A stretch of DNA of 63,990 nucleotides, filler included, from a bacterium (GTDB lineage Bacteria; JBBIVP01): assembly GCA_037439705.1 (NCBI GenBank). It is 3 parts of 3 records of this genome, joined end to end, with 100 filler letters (N's around TTAATTAATTAA, not from the genome) between each part and the next. Parts side by side here need not be neighbours in the genome. Positions count along the whole stretch, not along the records: positions 51,026 to 63,990 come from JBBIVP010000040.1; 2 more parts are not named here. One strand, written 5' to 3'. The notes beneath the pieces are model-generated. The model was not told where the DNA came from and did no database searches. It was given only the letters and a program-made list of their open reading frames with translations. Made by a program: the position numbers and the translations under genes. Shown one piece after another: positions 63,430 to 63,990 of the stretch. Positions within the stretch are counted from its first letter, which is position 1, and every line of letters starts with the position of its first letter.

Positions 63430-63616
63430 ATTTCCTTCTGAACTTCTCTATCTTTCCCTCTGTATCAACAAGTTTCTGCTGACCTGTAAAAAATGGATGG
63501 CAGTTTGAACATATCTCAATTGTATAGCTTCCCCTCGTTGACCTCGTCTTTATAACATTTCCACAGGTACAGGTAATAACTCCTTCTTTATACTCTGGAT
63601 GTATTCCTTTCTTCAT
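63401..63616 (-). CDS. rpmE: 50S ribosomal protein L31 (zinc-binding type)
   Basis: [23 protein letters not shown]. Confidence 0.97.
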   Translation of the reverse strand: MKKGIHPEYKEGVITCTCGNVIKTRSTRGSYTIEICSNCHPFFTGQQKLVDTEGKIEKFRRKYGKTSSKSS

Positions 63617-63727
63617 TTTTCTCTCCTTTTGAGTTTTTGAAAATTATAAATAATTTCTCCTTCACAAGCAAGTTTTTCCAAAAAGATACTCCTACACCCT
63701 CAAAAATTCTAAAGTTATTTCGTAGTG

Positions 63728-63756
63728 ATTATAGATTTAGCAACACTTTTTGTCAA
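63728..63756 (-). promoter_or_regulatory. Consensus sigma70 promoter upstream of rpmE
   Basis: TTGACA-N17-TATAAT on the minus strand. Confidence 0.75.
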
Positions 63757-63770
63757 TTTATTTTCCATTG

Positions 63771-63801
63771 AAAAATAAAAGGGGGGCTTTTCGCCCCCCT
63801 T
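63771..63801 (-). terminator. Intrinsic terminator
   Basis: GGGGGCG-AAAA-GCCCCCC hairpin followed by TTTTATTTTT on the minus strand. Confidence 0.85.
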
Positions 63802-63826
63802 CAATGCTCAGGAAAAAGGAACTACC

Positions 63827-63988
63827 TTATGACCTTCTCCTCCAGATGAGAGGAACGAAGAGAAGGACGAAACCAATCCCGAGACCGGATGAACTCACAA
63901 CAGAACATCCAAATCCAGATGCGGATGTTGATACCTTGAAGACCATTGAGGCAGCTGAGATATTCCCAAGGTCGTCCTTCGCCCTCAC
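63827..63988 (-). CDS. 3' end of a surface protein with a GC/TM/RRR (MYXO-CTERM/GC_trans_RRR-like) sorting signal; not in ORF track
   Basis: Hand translation: VRAKDDLGNISAASMVFKVSTSASGFGCSVVSSSGLGIGFVLLFVPLIWRRRS*. Confidence 0.75.
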   Translation of the reverse strand: MRAKDDLGNISAASMVFKVSTSASGFGCSVVSSSGLGIGFVLLFVPLIWRRRS

Positions 63989-63990
63989 CT

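Overview
Draft, AT-rich (roughly 35-40% GC by eye), gene-dense chromosomal DNA from a Gram-negative, LPS-making bacterium. Lys/Glu-rich proteins suggest a thermophile; the gene set and a C-terminal GC/TM/RRR sorting signal suggest a deltaproteobacterial-type lineage (both inferences). The window is at least three contigs joined by artificial N44-TTAATTAATTAA-N44 linkers (26247-26346, 50926-51025), with a plain N gap inside hisB. Several homopolymer frameshifts or stops (thrC-like, lysC, nnr, fadL) look like sequencing errors. Content is mostly housekeeping: a sulfur-carrier operon (thrC-like, cysM, JAB protease, MoaD/CysO fused to NIL, ThiF/MoeB), aroB, FadR-etfBA, LPS/Lpt genes with rpoN, cimA, lysC, tsaE, nnr, nuoN, WbaP, an ADP-forming acyl-CoA ligase, truA, obgE, an ABC-2 exporter, fadL, rapZ, purMN, his genes, murA, prmC, prfA, rpmE and two tRNAs. 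Most notable: (1) an unannotated, complete ~200-nt micro-operon (consensus promoter, two strong RBSs, intrinsic terminator) encoding two lysine-rich peptides of 16 and 11 aa, divergent from a GGQ ribosome-rescue-type factor; (2) a ubiquitin-like sulfur carrier fused in frame after its GG to a NIL domain, next to a JAB protease; (3) a PlsA/Ger-like candidate ether-lipid enzyme; (4) a degenerate sigma54 activator near rpoN; (5) widespread apparently leaderless first genes; (6) a methyltransferase/ATP-grasp fusion and a double zinc-finger microprotein.
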